In this document: piece by piece, positions 11,198 through 21,519 of the stretch
Layout: every line of letters begins with the position of its first letter
Position numbering within the stretch: the first letter of the stretch is position 1
NCBI GenBank assembly: GCA_963843375.1
Contig: CAWJKT010000029.1
Location: forward strand, 1-64,000
Reading direction: 5' to 3'
Source: an uncultured Pseudomonadota bacterium
GTDB lineage: Bacteria; Oederibacteriota; Muellerivitia; Muellerivitales; Muellerivitaceae
Length of the DNA: 64,000 bases
The notes under the pieces: model-generated
Told to the model about the DNA's origin: nothing
Database searches by the model: none
The model's input: only the letters and a program-made list of their open reading frames with translations
Translations under genes and position numbers: made by a program

Positions 11198-13883
11198 TTA
11201 CTCCTGATTCGGATTTTCCGAAGAGTTTTTCAAAGGTAAGGTAAAACGGAAAAGGGCCCCCCCGCCCCGCCCGTTTTCCGCCGAAATGGTCCCGCCATGA
11301 ATTTCGATGATACCCTTGCAAATGGAAAGGCCCAAGCCCGCTCCGCTTTTGGTTTCCTTCTGGGGCCCCCGGTAGAATTTCTCGAACAATCGGGGGATAT
11401 CCGCCTCGGGGATACCCGGTCCCCGGTCCGCCACTTCCACAACCAACTCATTTTCCTTGGTTTCCGCCGAGATATCGATGGGGGTTCCATCGGGGGTGTA
11501 CTTGAGGGCGTTGTCCAGGAGGTTCACGATCACCTGTTCGATCAAAAGAGCGTCCATGGGAACCAACGGAAGGCCGGGGGCGATTTGGGTGGTCAGGGAA
11601 CGGGATCCTAATCTTTCCTCCACCCGGGCAATGGCCGATCCGATGATTTCTCCGGGAACATGCAGCTCTTTTTTCAATTGAACCGCCCCGGATTCGAGTT
11701 TGGTCATTTCCAAGAGGTTGTTAACGAGCCGCTCAAGGCGTTCCGCCTCGTCATGGATGTTTTCCAAAAGATCGCGACGAGTGGGAGCCGGGAGGGAATC
11801 CCCATTATCCAGGAGACTACTGGCCGATCCCGTGATGGCGGCCAGGGGCGTCCTGAGATCGTGGGATACGGAACTCAATAGAGAACTGCGTAACTTTTCG
11901 GTCTCCATTTCCATCTGGGTTTGCTGTTGTTTTTGCAGAAGTCCATCCGCGGATACGGCCAGCGCGGTTTGATGCGCGAAGGCCTCCAGAAGATGCAGTT
12001 GTTCAGGAATGAAAAGCCTTTCGCTGTTATGGGGCTTGACGCCCAGGGCTCCTACCGGCGCGCCGGAAGCCAGGAGGGGGACATATAAGGCTTCGGTGCC
12101 GGGCAAGGTGTCGGTGCCGTGGCCCGCCATTTGGCCCAGGTCAAAAGCCCAATGGGCCACGCCCAGTTCCTTAGCCGTGAGATTAAATTCGGACGAAGCG
12201 CCGCACTGCAATTGCAAACGGCCATTCTCGTCGGGGAGAAAGGCGATGACGGAACTCTCAAAAACATCTGAAATGTGCTTGACGGCGATTTCCAACAGTT
12301 GAGCCGTTCCCCAGGTGCTGGCCAATTCGCGGGAAAGCGAGTAAAGGGCGGCCGTACGGCGCTCACGCAGACGGCTAAGCCGGGCTTGGTCCCTCATCCT
12401 AACCGTCAAATTGCTGATGGAAAGCCCCACCAACAGCATGACCAGGAACATGAAGATGTATTGGGTGTCCGACACCGCAAAGGAAAAACGCGGGAGGGAC
12501 AAAGAAAAAGTCGAAGGCAATGACGCTTAAAAAAGTGGTCAAGGTAGAAGGACCCAGGCCCAAGCGGTAGGAAACCGCCAGGATTCCCAAGAGATAAACC
12601 ATGATGAGGTTGGCCAAGTCGACCCGGGGAAAAAGAAACCAGGCGACCGCTGTGGAGGCCGCGACCGATAGGCAAGCGTAGCCATAACCGGCCCAGACGA
12701 TCTTCCTTGGAGTAACTTGTTTTTTCACGTTAATGGGGTTCGTTTCCTCGCCCCGGGTCACGTAAATATCGATGTCTCCGCTATTTCGAAGGAGGCGGTC
12801 CACGGGGGAGGGGCGGAAAAAGTTGGACCAGGAGTATTGCAGAGGTTTGCCGATGAAGATCTTGGTGATGTTGCGCTGGCGGGCGTAATCAATAACTTCC
12901 TCAGTGAAATCGGTTCCGCTGAAAGTGGCGGTTTCGGCCCCCAATTGCTCGGCTAAGCGCAGGTGCTGGATGGCCTGATAACGAACCTGCTCGGGCAGGC
13001 GGGCTTGGGAAGGGGTGACTAAATAAAGAGCGATCCATTCGGCCTTCAGGCTTTTGGCTAATCGGTGCGTGGCTCGAACCAGGTTGGCCGAAGAGGGATT
13101 GGAACTTACGCAAACCAGCAGGCGGTCAGCGGTTGCCCAGGTTTGGGTAATGGCCTTGTCCTTGCGATAGCGCTGGACCTGTGCATTCACCCGGTCGGCG
13201 GTGGTCCTCAGAGCCATTTCCCGAAGAGCGATCAGGTTGCCCTTGCGGAAAAAATTCTTGATGGCCCGCTGGGCGGCGTCCGACACATAAACCTTGCCTT
13301 CTTGCATTCTCTTCAGAAGGTCGTCGGGGGGGAGGTCGATGATTTCCACCTCATCGGCTTCCTCCAGAACCTTGTCGGGAAGGGTTTCGCGCACGATTAC
13401 CCCGGTGATCTGGGCCACGATATCGTTCAAACTTTCCAGGTGCTGGACGTTCAGGGTCGTGTAGACATTCACGCCCAGGTCCAAAAGTTCCTCCACGTCC
13501 TGCCAGCGTTTCAAGTGCCGGGCCCCGGGGACGTTCGTGTGGGCCAACTCGTCCACCAGGAGAATGCCGGGCCTGCGTTTTAAAGCCCCGTCAATATCGA
13601 ATTCTTTCAACCTTGCCCCGCGGTATTCCAATTCCTGGGGAGGGAGGATTTCCAAGCCTTCCAGCAGGGCGGCTGTTTCCTTGCGGCCGTGAGTTTCCAA
13701 GAGGCCAACCACCACATCCAGCCCTTCGGCTTTCTTTGCTCGCGCGGCTTCCAGCATCGAAAAGGTTTTCCCCACGCCCGGAGAGGCGCCGAAAAAAATC
13801 TTTAGCTTACCCCGTTTTTCCTGGGCCGCTTCCATTTGGACGCGATTGAGAAGCTGGTCGGGATCGGGTCGCTTGTCGTTCAT
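11198..13883 (-). CDS. kdpD: KdpD sensor kinase, copy 1 (1-bp frameshift at ~12493)
   Basis: GASPGVGKT, ETHGRKET, VDELAHTN, TTLNVQHLESL, Usp domain, 4 TM, GAF, SHDLRTPL, NLLDNALKY, GAGLGL. Confidence 0.93.
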
Positions 13884-13946
13884 GAATGGATTTTACGGCC
13901 CGGCGAGGGGGACTGTCCATGAAAGGGGTCATAAAATCTCTTTATT

Positions 13947-14013
13947 TTAATTTTTCCCATATGCCCCAGGTTTCCTTTTAACAGCATTCATATTGGGTTT
14001 CTCCGTATCTTTT
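13947..14013 (+). promoter_or_regulatory. Putative KdpE-type promoter block, copy A (upstream of the degenerate P-II gene)
   Basis: TTAATTTTTCCCATAT...TTAACAGCATTCATAT...GTATCTTTT, homologous to 14405-14472. Confidence 0.6.
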
Positions 14014-14134
14014 GAATACCGAACGCTCATGACGCAAGTCCTATCGCGTAATTAAAAGATCACAAAAATGATCTAGGGCTTAAGGGAGTGGTCAAAAAAT
14101 ATCCGTGGGTAGGGGATATTGAGAGAGGTGAGCC

Positions 14135-14392
14135 ATGAAAAAAATTGAGGCCATTCTGCGGCCGGCTGGGTTCGGCGAAATGGAGAGAATATTGAAAGGG
14201 TTCGGCTATCCGGGGATCGTTCCCGCAACCGCCCAAGAGTATGAAAAATCCAAAAGCATTTCCTGGAGTTGGGGTCCATTGGATTTTAAGGTGGAATTCC
14301 TCCCGGATTTGAAGCTGGAAATATGGGGTCCGGACATGTTCGTGGATAAAATTTCCAAGGCGATGGCTCAACAACCCAGAACCGCGGCTTAA
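14135..14392 (+). CDS. Degenerate/truncated P-II-like protein (85 aa)
   Basis: MKKIEAILRP...GYPGI...KVEFLPDLKLEI; lacks the GxGxQ loop and GDGKIF; GAGGTG RBS. Confidence 0.75.
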   Translation: MKKIEAILRPAGFGEMERILKGFGYPGIVPATAQEYEKSKSISWSWGPLDFKVEFLPDLKLEIWGPDMFVDKISKAMAQQPRTAA

Positions 14393-14404
14393 AAACCATT
14401 GATA

Positions 14405-14472
14405 TTAATCTTTCCCATATAGCTTGGGATTCCCTCTTAATAGCATCCATATCCGGTTTCGTCATATCTTTT
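14405..14472 (+). promoter_or_regulatory. Putative KdpE-type promoter block, copy B (upstream of the micropeptide-kdpFABC operon)
   Basis: TTAATCTTTCCCATAT...TTAATAGCATCCATAT...ATATCTTTT; half-sites 11 bp apart. Confidence 0.6.
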
Positions 14473-14565
14473 CTTTGAAGAGAAAAAGATATGCCTGTGG
14501 ATGACATGGGTCATAAGTGGATTTTGAAGAAGGGGCGATCATTATATCGCCCGAAGGAGGATGCC

Positions 14566-14712
14566 ATGACAAGGATATTGTTTCTGTTGAGTCCGGTCAT
14601 TTTCGGCGGGCTGTGTCTTTTGATCGGGGAAACGTTCAGCTGGTTGAAACAAAAACGGGGAGAATCGGGTTTGACGAAAATGACGATTGTGTCTAACACG
14701 AGGAGGAAATAA
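14566..14712 (+). CDS. 48-aa single-TM micropeptide
   Basis: AAGGAGG RBS; MTRILFLLSPVIFGGLCLLIGETFSWLKQKR... Confidence 0.6.
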   Translation: MTRILFLLSPVIFGGLCLLIGETFSWLKQKRGESGLTKMTIVSNTRRK

Positions 14713-14714
14713 TC

Positions 14715-14813
14715 ATGTTGGAATTTTGGTGTGTAGCTTTGTTCCTGGCCTTGTCCGTTATAACGGTTGGTTTGATCGGCCTGTTGGACAAGATGATGGG
14801 AGGGGAACCATGA
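14715..14813 (+). CDS. 32-aa single-TM peptide coupled to kdpF
   Basis: GAGGAGG RBS; MLEFWCVALFLALSVITVGLIGLLDKMMGGEP*; its stop overlaps the kdpF start (ATGA). Confidence 0.75.
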   Translation: MLEFWCVALFLALSVITVGLIGLLDKMMGGEP

Positions 14814-14899
14814 GCGCGGTTTACTTGATCAGCGCGGTCGTCTCGGGGGGGCTTCTGGTTTACCTGGTAATTGCTTTGTTGAAGCCGGAGTGGTTTTAA
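14810..14899 (+). CDS. kdpF: K+-transporting ATPase subunit F
   Basis: MSAVYLISAVVSGGLLVYLVIALLKPEWF; YL..ALLKPExF signature; directly upstream of kdpA. Confidence 0.92.
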   Translation: MSAVYLISAVVSGGLLVYLVIALLKPEWF

Positions 14900-14959
14900 A
14901 TTTCTTTCGTCCGCCGGCAGCCGTTAACTTGTTAGACAAAGATTTTAGGAGATACATAA

Positions 14960-16753
14960 ATGACGACCAATCAATGGCTTCAGATCGCGGCGTATTTCGT
15001 GGTCCTTTTGGTTTTGTCGATACCCTTAGGCACTTACATGGCAAAGGTTTACGAAAATAAGCCATTTTTCCTGGAGAAGCTGTTCGGATGGCTTGAAAAA
15101 TTAATTTATAAAATTGCGGGCGTCCAACCAGACAAGGAAATGGATTGGAAAGGGTATGCCCTAGCGATGCTTCTTTTTAATATCGTGGGGGGATTAATCC
15201 TTTACGCGATCCAACGGTTCCAGGCCTCCATGCCCCTGAACCCAGCCGGTCAAAGCGCGGTGCCGCCGGACTTGGCCTTCAATACCGCCATCAGCTTCAT
15301 CACTAACACCAATTGGCAGTTTTATGGCGGTGAAACCACCATGAGCTATTTCACCCAGATGGCGGGATTGGCGGTTCATAATTTTCTTTGTGCCGCATCG
15401 GGTATGGCAACCTTGGTGGCCCTTATTCGGGGCATTGTCCGAAAAGAATCGAAATTTCTTGGGAATTTTTGGGCCGATATGACCCGGGGAACCCTTTATA
15501 TCCTCTTGCCCTTGAGCATTCTCTTTACCCTGGTCCTCATCCAGCAGGGGTCTCCTCAAACCTTCGCCAACACCGCCACCGCCACCTTGGTCCAGCCAAC
15601 TTCCTATGACCAGCCGGTAACGAATGCCCAGGGTGCGCCCGTGACGGGCAAGGACGGCAAGCCGGAAATGACGCATGTGGTTGTCACGGAACAACCTATT
15701 TCCCTGGGGCCAGTGGCTTCCCAGGAAGCCATCAAGATGCTCGGAACCAATGGGGGCGGTTATTTCAACGTGAACTCCGCCCATCCTTATGAAAACCCCA
15801 CTCCTCTCACCGACTTTTTGGAACTATTGGCGATTCTTTGGATTCCCGCTGCATTGTGCTTCACCTTTGGAGCTATGGCGAAAGATATGCGGCAGGGCTG
15901 GTGCATCCTGGCGGCCATGTTCCTGCTCTTGGCGCCCATGCTTTATCTTTGCGGCCAGCAGGAACAATCGGGTAACCCTCTTTTAAATAAGATCACCGCA
16001 GGCGCCCATGGCGAGGTTCTCTCCGATGGTAATATGGAGGGGAAGGAAGTGCGTTTTGGAATTGTCAACTCGGCTCTATGGGCCACAGTGACTACCGCTG
16101 CTTCCAACGGATCGGTCAATAGTATGCATGATTCTTTCACTCCTCTGGGCGGAATGGTTCCCATGTGGATGATCATGCTGGGAGAGGTTTCCTTCGGTGG
16201 TGTCGGCTCGGGACTTTACGGCATGTTGGCTTTCGTCATTTTGGCGGTTTTCGTGGCAGGACTAATGGTTGGACGCACGCCTGAGTATTTGGGGAAGAAG
16301 ATCCAAACCTACGAAATGAAGATGGCCTCTATTATGATCCTGATTCCGCCTCTTCTGGTTTTGATTTGTACGGCGGTGGCGGTGGCCTCGGGCGGGGCGG
16401 GCACCAACAATCCAGGGGCCCATGGTTTTTCAGAGCTTTTATACGCCTTTGATTCTATGTCCAACAATAACGGCAGCGCATTCGCGGGGCTTTCAACCAA
16501 CACTCTTTACAATCTCATGGGCGGAACGGCGATGTTTTTGGGTCGTTTCTGGCTGGCCATTCCAGTTTTGGCCATGGCGGGAAGTTTGGCAAAAAAGAAG
16601 GCCGTTCCCGAGAGCGCGGGAACCCTTCCGACCCACACGGTCCTTTTTACCATCATGCTGATTTCCACGATCATCATTGTCGGCGCTCTTACTTTCTTTC
16701 CAGCCTTGGCTTTGGGTCCTATTGTGGAGCACTTAAAAATGGTCCACATGTGA
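14960..16753 (+). CDS. kdpA: K+-transporting ATPase subunit A
   Basis: [55 protein letters not shown]. Confidence 0.98.
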   Translation: MTTNQWLQIAAYFVVLLVLSIPLGTYMAKVYENKPFFLEKLFGWLEKLIYKIAGVQPDKEMDWKGYALAMLLFNIVGGLILYAIQRFQASMPLNPAGQSAVPPDLAFNTAISFITNTNWQFYGGETTMSYFTQMAGLAVHNFLCAASGMATLVALIRGIVRKESKFLGNFWADMTRGTLYILLPLSILFTLVLIQQGSPQTFANTATATLVQPTSYDQPVTNAQGAPVTGKDGKPEMTHVVVTEQPISLGPVASQEAIKMLGTNGGGYFNVNSAHPYENPTPLTDFLELLAILWIPAALCFTFGAMAKDMRQGWCILAAMFLLLAPMLYLCGQQEQSGNPLLNKITAGAHGEVLSDGNMEGKEVRFGIVNSALWATVTTAASNGSVNSMHDSFTPLGGMVPMWMIMLGEVSFGGVGSGLYGMLAFVILAVFVAGLMVGRTPEYLGKKIQTYEMKMASIMILIPPLLVLICTAVAVASGGAGTNNPGAHGFSELLYAFDSMSNNNGSAFAGLSTNTLYNLMGGTAMFLGRFWLAIPVLAMAGSLAKKKAVPESAGTLPTHTVLFTIMLISTIIIVGALTFFPALALGPIVEHLKMVHM

Positions 16754-16895
16754 CGGTTTGAAGATGAAAAAAACAAGAAAGACCAGGAGCGACAGCGTTA
16801 AAAGAAGAAAAAAAGAAATCAAGAAGCAGGGCAGAAAAAAAATAAAAAAAGATTCCAACCCGGGCCTTTGGGCCCCTCCAAAAGAGGTATTGAAA

Positions 16896-18971
16896 ATGAC
16901 ATCTGAAAAAATCAAAGAACGGAAATTGTTCGAAGGCGAGATCACCCGCAAGGCGATCCTTGAGGCCTTCAAAAAGCTGAACCCGGGGCACATGATCAAA
17001 AACCCCGTCATGTTCACGGTTTACGTGGGCAGCATTCTGACGACCGGTCTTTGGTTACAGGCTCTTACGGGTAAAGGGGAAGCGGGTCCGGGTTTCATCT
17101 TCGCGGTTTCGCTTTGGTTGTGGTTTACTGTGCTTTTCGCCAATTTTGCAGAGGCTATGGCCGAGGGCCGGGGCAAGGCTCAAGCCGATACCTTGCGCAA
17201 ATCCCGCCAGGAAGTGAAGGCGAAGAAACTATCCAAAGCCGACAGGGATTCCAAACAAACCGAGGTCTTATCCGGTGACCTTCGCAAAGACGATCTCGTA
17301 CTGGTGGAATCGGGCGATTTCATACCCGCCGACGGCGAAGCCCTGGTGGGTATCGCCATGGTGGATGAGAGCGCTATTACGGGGGAGTCGGCGCCCGTGG
17401 TTCGCGAATCGGGCGGAGACCGCAGCGCTGTTACCGGTGGAACAAGGGTTATTTCCGATTGGCTTGTCATCAGGGTTTCCTCCAACCCAGGTGAGTCCTT
17501 CCTGGACCGTATGATATCCATGGTGGAAGGCGCCAAACGGCAAAAGACTCCCAACGAGATCGCCCTCAATATATTACTAGCGGCTTTAACCATTGTTTTT
17601 CTCATCGTCTGCGCGACCCTGCTTCCTTTTTCTCTCTATAGCGTAATGGCATCGGGAGCCGGCAAGGCCGTGACGGTCACGGTGCTGGCCGCTTTATTTG
17701 TTTGTCTGGCCCCCACCACCATCGGCGGGCTCCTGTCAGCCATCGGCATCGCAGGAATGGACCGCATGATCCAGGCCAATGTCATTGCAATGTCGGGAAG
17801 GGCGGTGGAGGCGGCGGGAGACGTGGACATGCTCCTTTTGGACAAGACCGGAACCATCACCCTGGGCAACCGCCAAGCTACTGAATTCATCCCCGCCTCG
17901 GATGTAGATATCAAGGAATTAGCCGAAGCGGCTCAATTGTCCTCCCTCGCGGATGAGACCCCGGAGGGACGCAGTATTGTGGTGCTGGCCAAGGAAAAGT
18001 ACGGCCTGCGGGGCAGTTTAATCCACAACCTTAACGCGACTTTTGTGTCCTTTACGGCTCAAACCCGCATGAGCGGGGTGGACATGGGGAAGCGGTCCAT
18101 TCGAAAAGGGGCGGCTGAATCTATTGAGGAGTACGTGAAAGATCAGGGGGGCAAATATCCGGAGGATGTGCGGCGAGGGGTGGATTCCATTTCCCGCCTG
18201 GGTGGTACGCCTTTGGTGGTAGCCGAGGGAAAAAAGGTTCTCGGGGTCATTCATTTGAAGGATATCGTAAAGGGCGGCATCCAGGAGCGTTTCGCCGAAC
18301 TGCGTCGAATGGGCATCAAGACCGTCATGATAACGGGAGACAATCCCTTGACGGCTGCCGCCATCGCGGCGGAAGCCGGGGTGGACGACTTTTTGGCGCA
18401 AGCCACTCCTGAAACGAAACTCAAGCTTATCCGGGAATCCCAAGCGGGAGGGCGGCTAGTCGCCATGGCAGGGGACGGCACCAACGACGCCCCAGCTTTG
18501 GCTCAAGCGGACGTGGCAGTGGCCATGAATACCGGCACCCAGGCCGCCAAGGAAGCGGGAAACATGGTGGATTTGGATTCTAACCCCACCAAATTGATTG
18601 AGGTTGTCAAAATCGGGAAACAGCTTTTAATGACCCGGGGATCCTTGACGACCTTCTCCATCGCCAATGACGTGGCAAAATATTTCGCCATTATCCCGGC
18701 GGCATTTGCTGTCACTTACCCGGAACTCAATGCCTTGAATATCATGCGGTTGGCCACGCCCCAATCGGCCATCCTTTCGGCTGTTATTTTCAACGCACTC
18801 ATTATCGTGTTCTTGGTGCCTTTGGCCCTGAAAGGGGTCAAGTACCGGCCCGCTTCAGCTTCCAAGTTATTACAGGATAACTTTCTGATTTATGGAGTCG
18901 GAGGTCTCATCGTTCCATTCGTTGGCATCAAGCTGATCGATATGATCCTGGTGGGTTTGGGGCTTGTTTAA
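16896..18971 (+). CDS. kdpB: K+-transporting P-type ATPase subunit B (ORF is open back to 16758)
   Basis: [41 protein letters not shown] before ATG 16896. Confidence 0.98.
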   Translation: MTSEKIKERKLFEGEITRKAILEAFKKLNPGHMIKNPVMFTVYVGSILTTGLWLQALTGKGEAGPGFIFAVSLWLWFTVLFANFAEAMAEGRGKAQADTLRKSRQEVKAKKLSKADRDSKQTEVLSGDLRKDDLVLVESGDFIPADGEALVGIAMVDESAITGESAPVVRESGGDRSAVTGGTRVISDWLVIRVSSNPGESFLDRMISMVEGAKRQKTPNEIALNILLAALTIVFLIVCATLLPFSLYSVMASGAGKAVTVTVLAALFVCLAPTTIGGLLSAIGIAGMDRMIQANVIAMSGRAVEAAGDVDMLLLDKTGTITLGNRQATEFIPASDVDIKELAEAAQLSSLADETPEGRSIVVLAKEKYGLRGSLIHNLNATFVSFTAQTRMSGVDMGKRSIRKGAAESIEEYVKDQGGKYPEDVRRGVDSISRLGGTPLVVAEGKKVLGVIHLKDIVKGGIQERFAELRRMGIKTVMITGDNPLTAAAIAAEAGVDDFLAQATPETKLKLIRESQAGGRLVAMAGDGTNDAPALAQADVAVAMNTGTQAAKEAGNMVDLDSNPTKLIEVVKIGKQLLMTRGSLTTFSIANDVAKYFAIIPAAFAVTYPELNALNIMRLATPQSAILSAVIFNALIIVFLVPLALKGVKYRPASASKLLQDNFLIYGVGGLIVPFVGIKLIDMILVGLGLV

Positions 18972-19031
18972 TTCAGTTAAGTTTCAGCCGGCGGCTGAGG
19001 GCCTACGGCTAGATTTATTCGGAGGTTTCTC

Positions 19032-19619
19032 ATGATGAATGAAATCGCGGTTCAATTGCGGAATTCATTTGTTTTCGTCGTGCTTTTCACGTTTTTGGTG
19101 GGGCTTCTCTATCCAGGGGCGATGACTTTAGTAGGACATGTATTGTTTCCCCGTCAGGCCTCAGGGAGCCTGATTACGGTGAATGGAAAAACAATGGGCT
19201 CGGAATTGATCGGCCAGCCTTTTGACGACGTCAAATATTTTTGGAGCAGGCCCAGCGCGACCTCGCCCCAAGCCTATAATGCCGCTAATTCCAGCGGCTC
19301 CAACTTGGGGCCCACCAATCCCGATTTCATCACTTCAGTGAAAGGGAGGGTTGACACGCTGCGGAAGGCCGATCCGGACAAGGCGGAGGCTCCCGTTCCC
19401 ATGGACCTCGTGACGGCTTCCGGATCCGGCCTGGATCCGCATATCAGCCCGGCAGCGGCCGAATACCAGGTGTCCCGCGTGGCGAAGGCCCGGAACCTCG
19501 CCCCCGCCAAGGTTGAAGAATTAATCGCGCAGAACACCGATGGGCGTTGGCTTGGCTTTATTGGGGACCCGGGTGTGAATGTGTTGAAATTAAATCTTGC
19601 GCTGGATTCCATCAAATAA
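19032..19619 (+). CDS. kdpC: K+-transporting ATPase subunit C
   Basis: [48 protein letters not shown]. Confidence 0.98.
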   Translation: MMNEIAVQLRNSFVFVVLFTFLVGLLYPGAMTLVGHVLFPRQASGSLITVNGKTMGSELIGQPFDDVKYFWSRPSATSPQAYNAANSSGSNLGPTNPDFITSVKGRVDTLRKADPDKAEAPVPMDLVTASGSGLDPHISPAAAEYQVSRVAKARNLAPAKVEELIAQNTDGRWLGFIGDPGVNVLKLNLALDSIK

Positions 19620-19828
19620 GTGATTTAACCGTGAGAAATTTGGGGTATCGGAGATCCGGTACTTATAGGATTTAAGATTGATTGCGTTGTTTTAAGTTTA
19701 AAGGCACCTCAGGTTACCGTTAAAACCGCTTATTTTAATTATTTTTTGATACTTCCAAGGTCTTTCCTTAGGGAATTTTAATCTCGATTCGTCCTAGACT
19801 TGCGTGTTTTTACTTTTAGGAGGGCAAA

Positions 19829-19906
19829 ATGGATTCAGGCATATGGTCATTAGTGGTTCTTGGGGTTATGGTTTTGATGAGCGTGGTTTATTTGAAAGAT
19901 TATTGA
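19829..19906 (+). CDS. 25-aa single-TM micropeptide
   Basis: AGGAGG RBS; MDSGIWSLVVLGVMVLMSVVYLKDY*; followed directly by a terminator. Confidence 0.7.
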   Translation: MDSGIWSLVVLGVMVLMSVVYLKDY

Positions 19907-19920
19907 GAAAAGATTTCGGA

Positions 19921-19952
19921 AAAGCCCTCCACCGGCGGTGGGGGGCTTTTTT
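19921..19952 (+). terminator. Intrinsic terminator
   Basis: AAAGCCCTCCACC-GGC-GGTGGGGGGCTTT followed by a T run. Confidence 0.85.
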
Positions 19953-20122
19953 TATTTTAGCCCTGCCTAGAATAATCATTATTGAAATTTAGATAAAACC
20001 TTGGCCCTTCAGGCAAAAGCTTTTGATTGTCCGGGGGTTTTGAGCCTGCCAACATTAATCTTCGCAACTATAACTTAGACATAACATCTCAAGGATCAGG
20101 TCTTTTCGGCTCCGTTTTTTAT

Positions 20123-20770
20123 TCAGGGGGGAGCCGTGAATCCGTTCGCGGAACCTTTGCGTTGGCGTTTGAATGTGGGCGTGGGGGTGTTCTCGCCTAT
20201 GGCAGGCGCGTTCACGTCCCATTGGACATCATCCTTGTTGCGCCAATAGTCCTCATTGATCTCGGCGAAGGTTTTTCCAGAAGCCCGCCGTTGAATGATG
20301 TCTTTCGGATCGCGCCCGTAATATTCGGACAGGAATTTCAAATTGGCTAAATTGATCAAATCCGCATCGGTCATGTTGAAGGGGTTTTGCCGGTTTTTGT
20401 ATTCCCCATAAACCTTTTCAAAAGGCGTGTGGCTTGTGTCAAAGGTAAGGTAAGTATAAAAAACCAAGGGATTTAAACGGAAATGATAAGCCACCTGCAT
20501 CCAGTTCAAGCCGCTGGAATGGACATTCGTTACCGATTCGGGTCCCAGGTTGTTTCTTTGGGCCATGAAAAAAACAACCGGAAGTTCCTCATCCGTTATG
20601 CCGGTGGTCTTGGCATCGGCTACCTGTTGTTCCGAAACCTTGAAATAATCCTGAAGGGCTAAATGGTAGTTGTCGCCCTCCGCCATAGCCTTTACCGAAA
20701 ATCCCACTGTCGCCAAAAGAATTAAGATAAAAAGCCTTATTCGTCGGGTGTTCGATAGGTTCATTTTCAT
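20123..20770 (-). CDS. Secreted alpha-helical hypothetical protein
   Basis: Signal peptide ending VKAMA; GITDEELPVVFFMA and MTDADLINLANLKFLSEYYG helical repeats. Confidence 0.8.
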   Translation of the reverse strand: MKMNLSNTRRIRLFILILLATVGFSVKAMAEGDNYHLALQDYFKVSEQQVADAKTTGITDEELPVVFFMAQRNNLGPESVTNVHSSGLNWMQVAYHFRLNPLVFYTYLTFDTSHTPFEKVYGEYKNRQNPFNMTDADLINLANLKFLSEYYGRDPKDIIQRRASGKTFAEINEDYWRNKDDVQWDVNAPAIGENTPTPTFKRQRKGSANGFTAPP

Positions 20771-21314
20771 CTGGATTTAGAGCTCCTTTGGCCGATGCCA
20801 TGGATTTAATGTTTTTGGTAATCGGCACAAGGCTCAAAATATAACCTAGTTCACGAGGTCTTGTCTATTCCGTAAAAGCTCTCGATGGTTTGTATTTCTT
20901 GGTTTCTTCCCGAAGAAAGTTTTCAAAATCATTTGCCAATTGGATAGAAAAAAACAAAAGGTGAACCGGTAGATAATTTAAAACGCTGAGCCAATGGGCG
21001 GATTTAAAAATGAATTAGAACAACTTCTTCTTAATAAAATAACAACAATTTAATGTGGCCATCCTGACAAATTAAAAATGCCGATAGGTTTTGTTGTTGG
21101 TCTGCGCGCGGGCCCTCCGGAGTTTTCAAAAAAAAATAAATTGAAAATTAATTTCAAAAACAACCTCGTTAGTTTGCCGTTAGTTTTTTTATTTTTATTG
21201 TTAGTAAGTTGTTATGAAATGTTGGAAAGAACAATTTAGGTCAGACGCACACAAATTTGTGTTTTCAAATTTAAATTTGTGATTGTTTTTGATGGATTAG
21301 CTCCTTGTTAGGAT

Positions 21315-21329
21315 TGGCATGAGTGTTGC
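21315..21329 (+). promoter_or_regulatory. Sigma54 (-24/-12) promoter of porin 1
   Basis: TGGCAT-GAGTG-TTGC. Confidence 0.85.
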
Positions 21330-21519
21330 TTTTGTGTTAGGTGCATATAGGTTCCGGGCGGAAGAAATTCAAGCCCCGGATGGAGGGAAGAGACGAGTTG
21401 AGAATCAAAGGCTGAAAAAGGAGGGAGGCGCTTTCCTGGCGGGTCGGGATCAACTGATCTAAAAGGGGGCGGGTTCCTCAAAATTTAACCCTGGAAATTG
21501 GGGAAAGGTGGGTGTTTTT

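Noticed and set aside
4826..13883. Frameshifts in phzF, redoxin, dsbD-like, kdpE1 and kdpD1 (also the FGE gene at ~33718) read as pseudogenisation or programmed frameshifting
   Set aside because: Each is a single-base indel, several in short homopolymers, in otherwise intact genes. They cluster toward the left end, which fits low-coverage long-read error. Reads are needed to be sure.
21345..21400. TAGGTTCCG start of the porin leader resembling ykkC (guanidine/ppGpp/PRPP) riboswitches
   Set aside because: The downstream conserved ykkC elements are absent; kept only as an unclassified structured leader.
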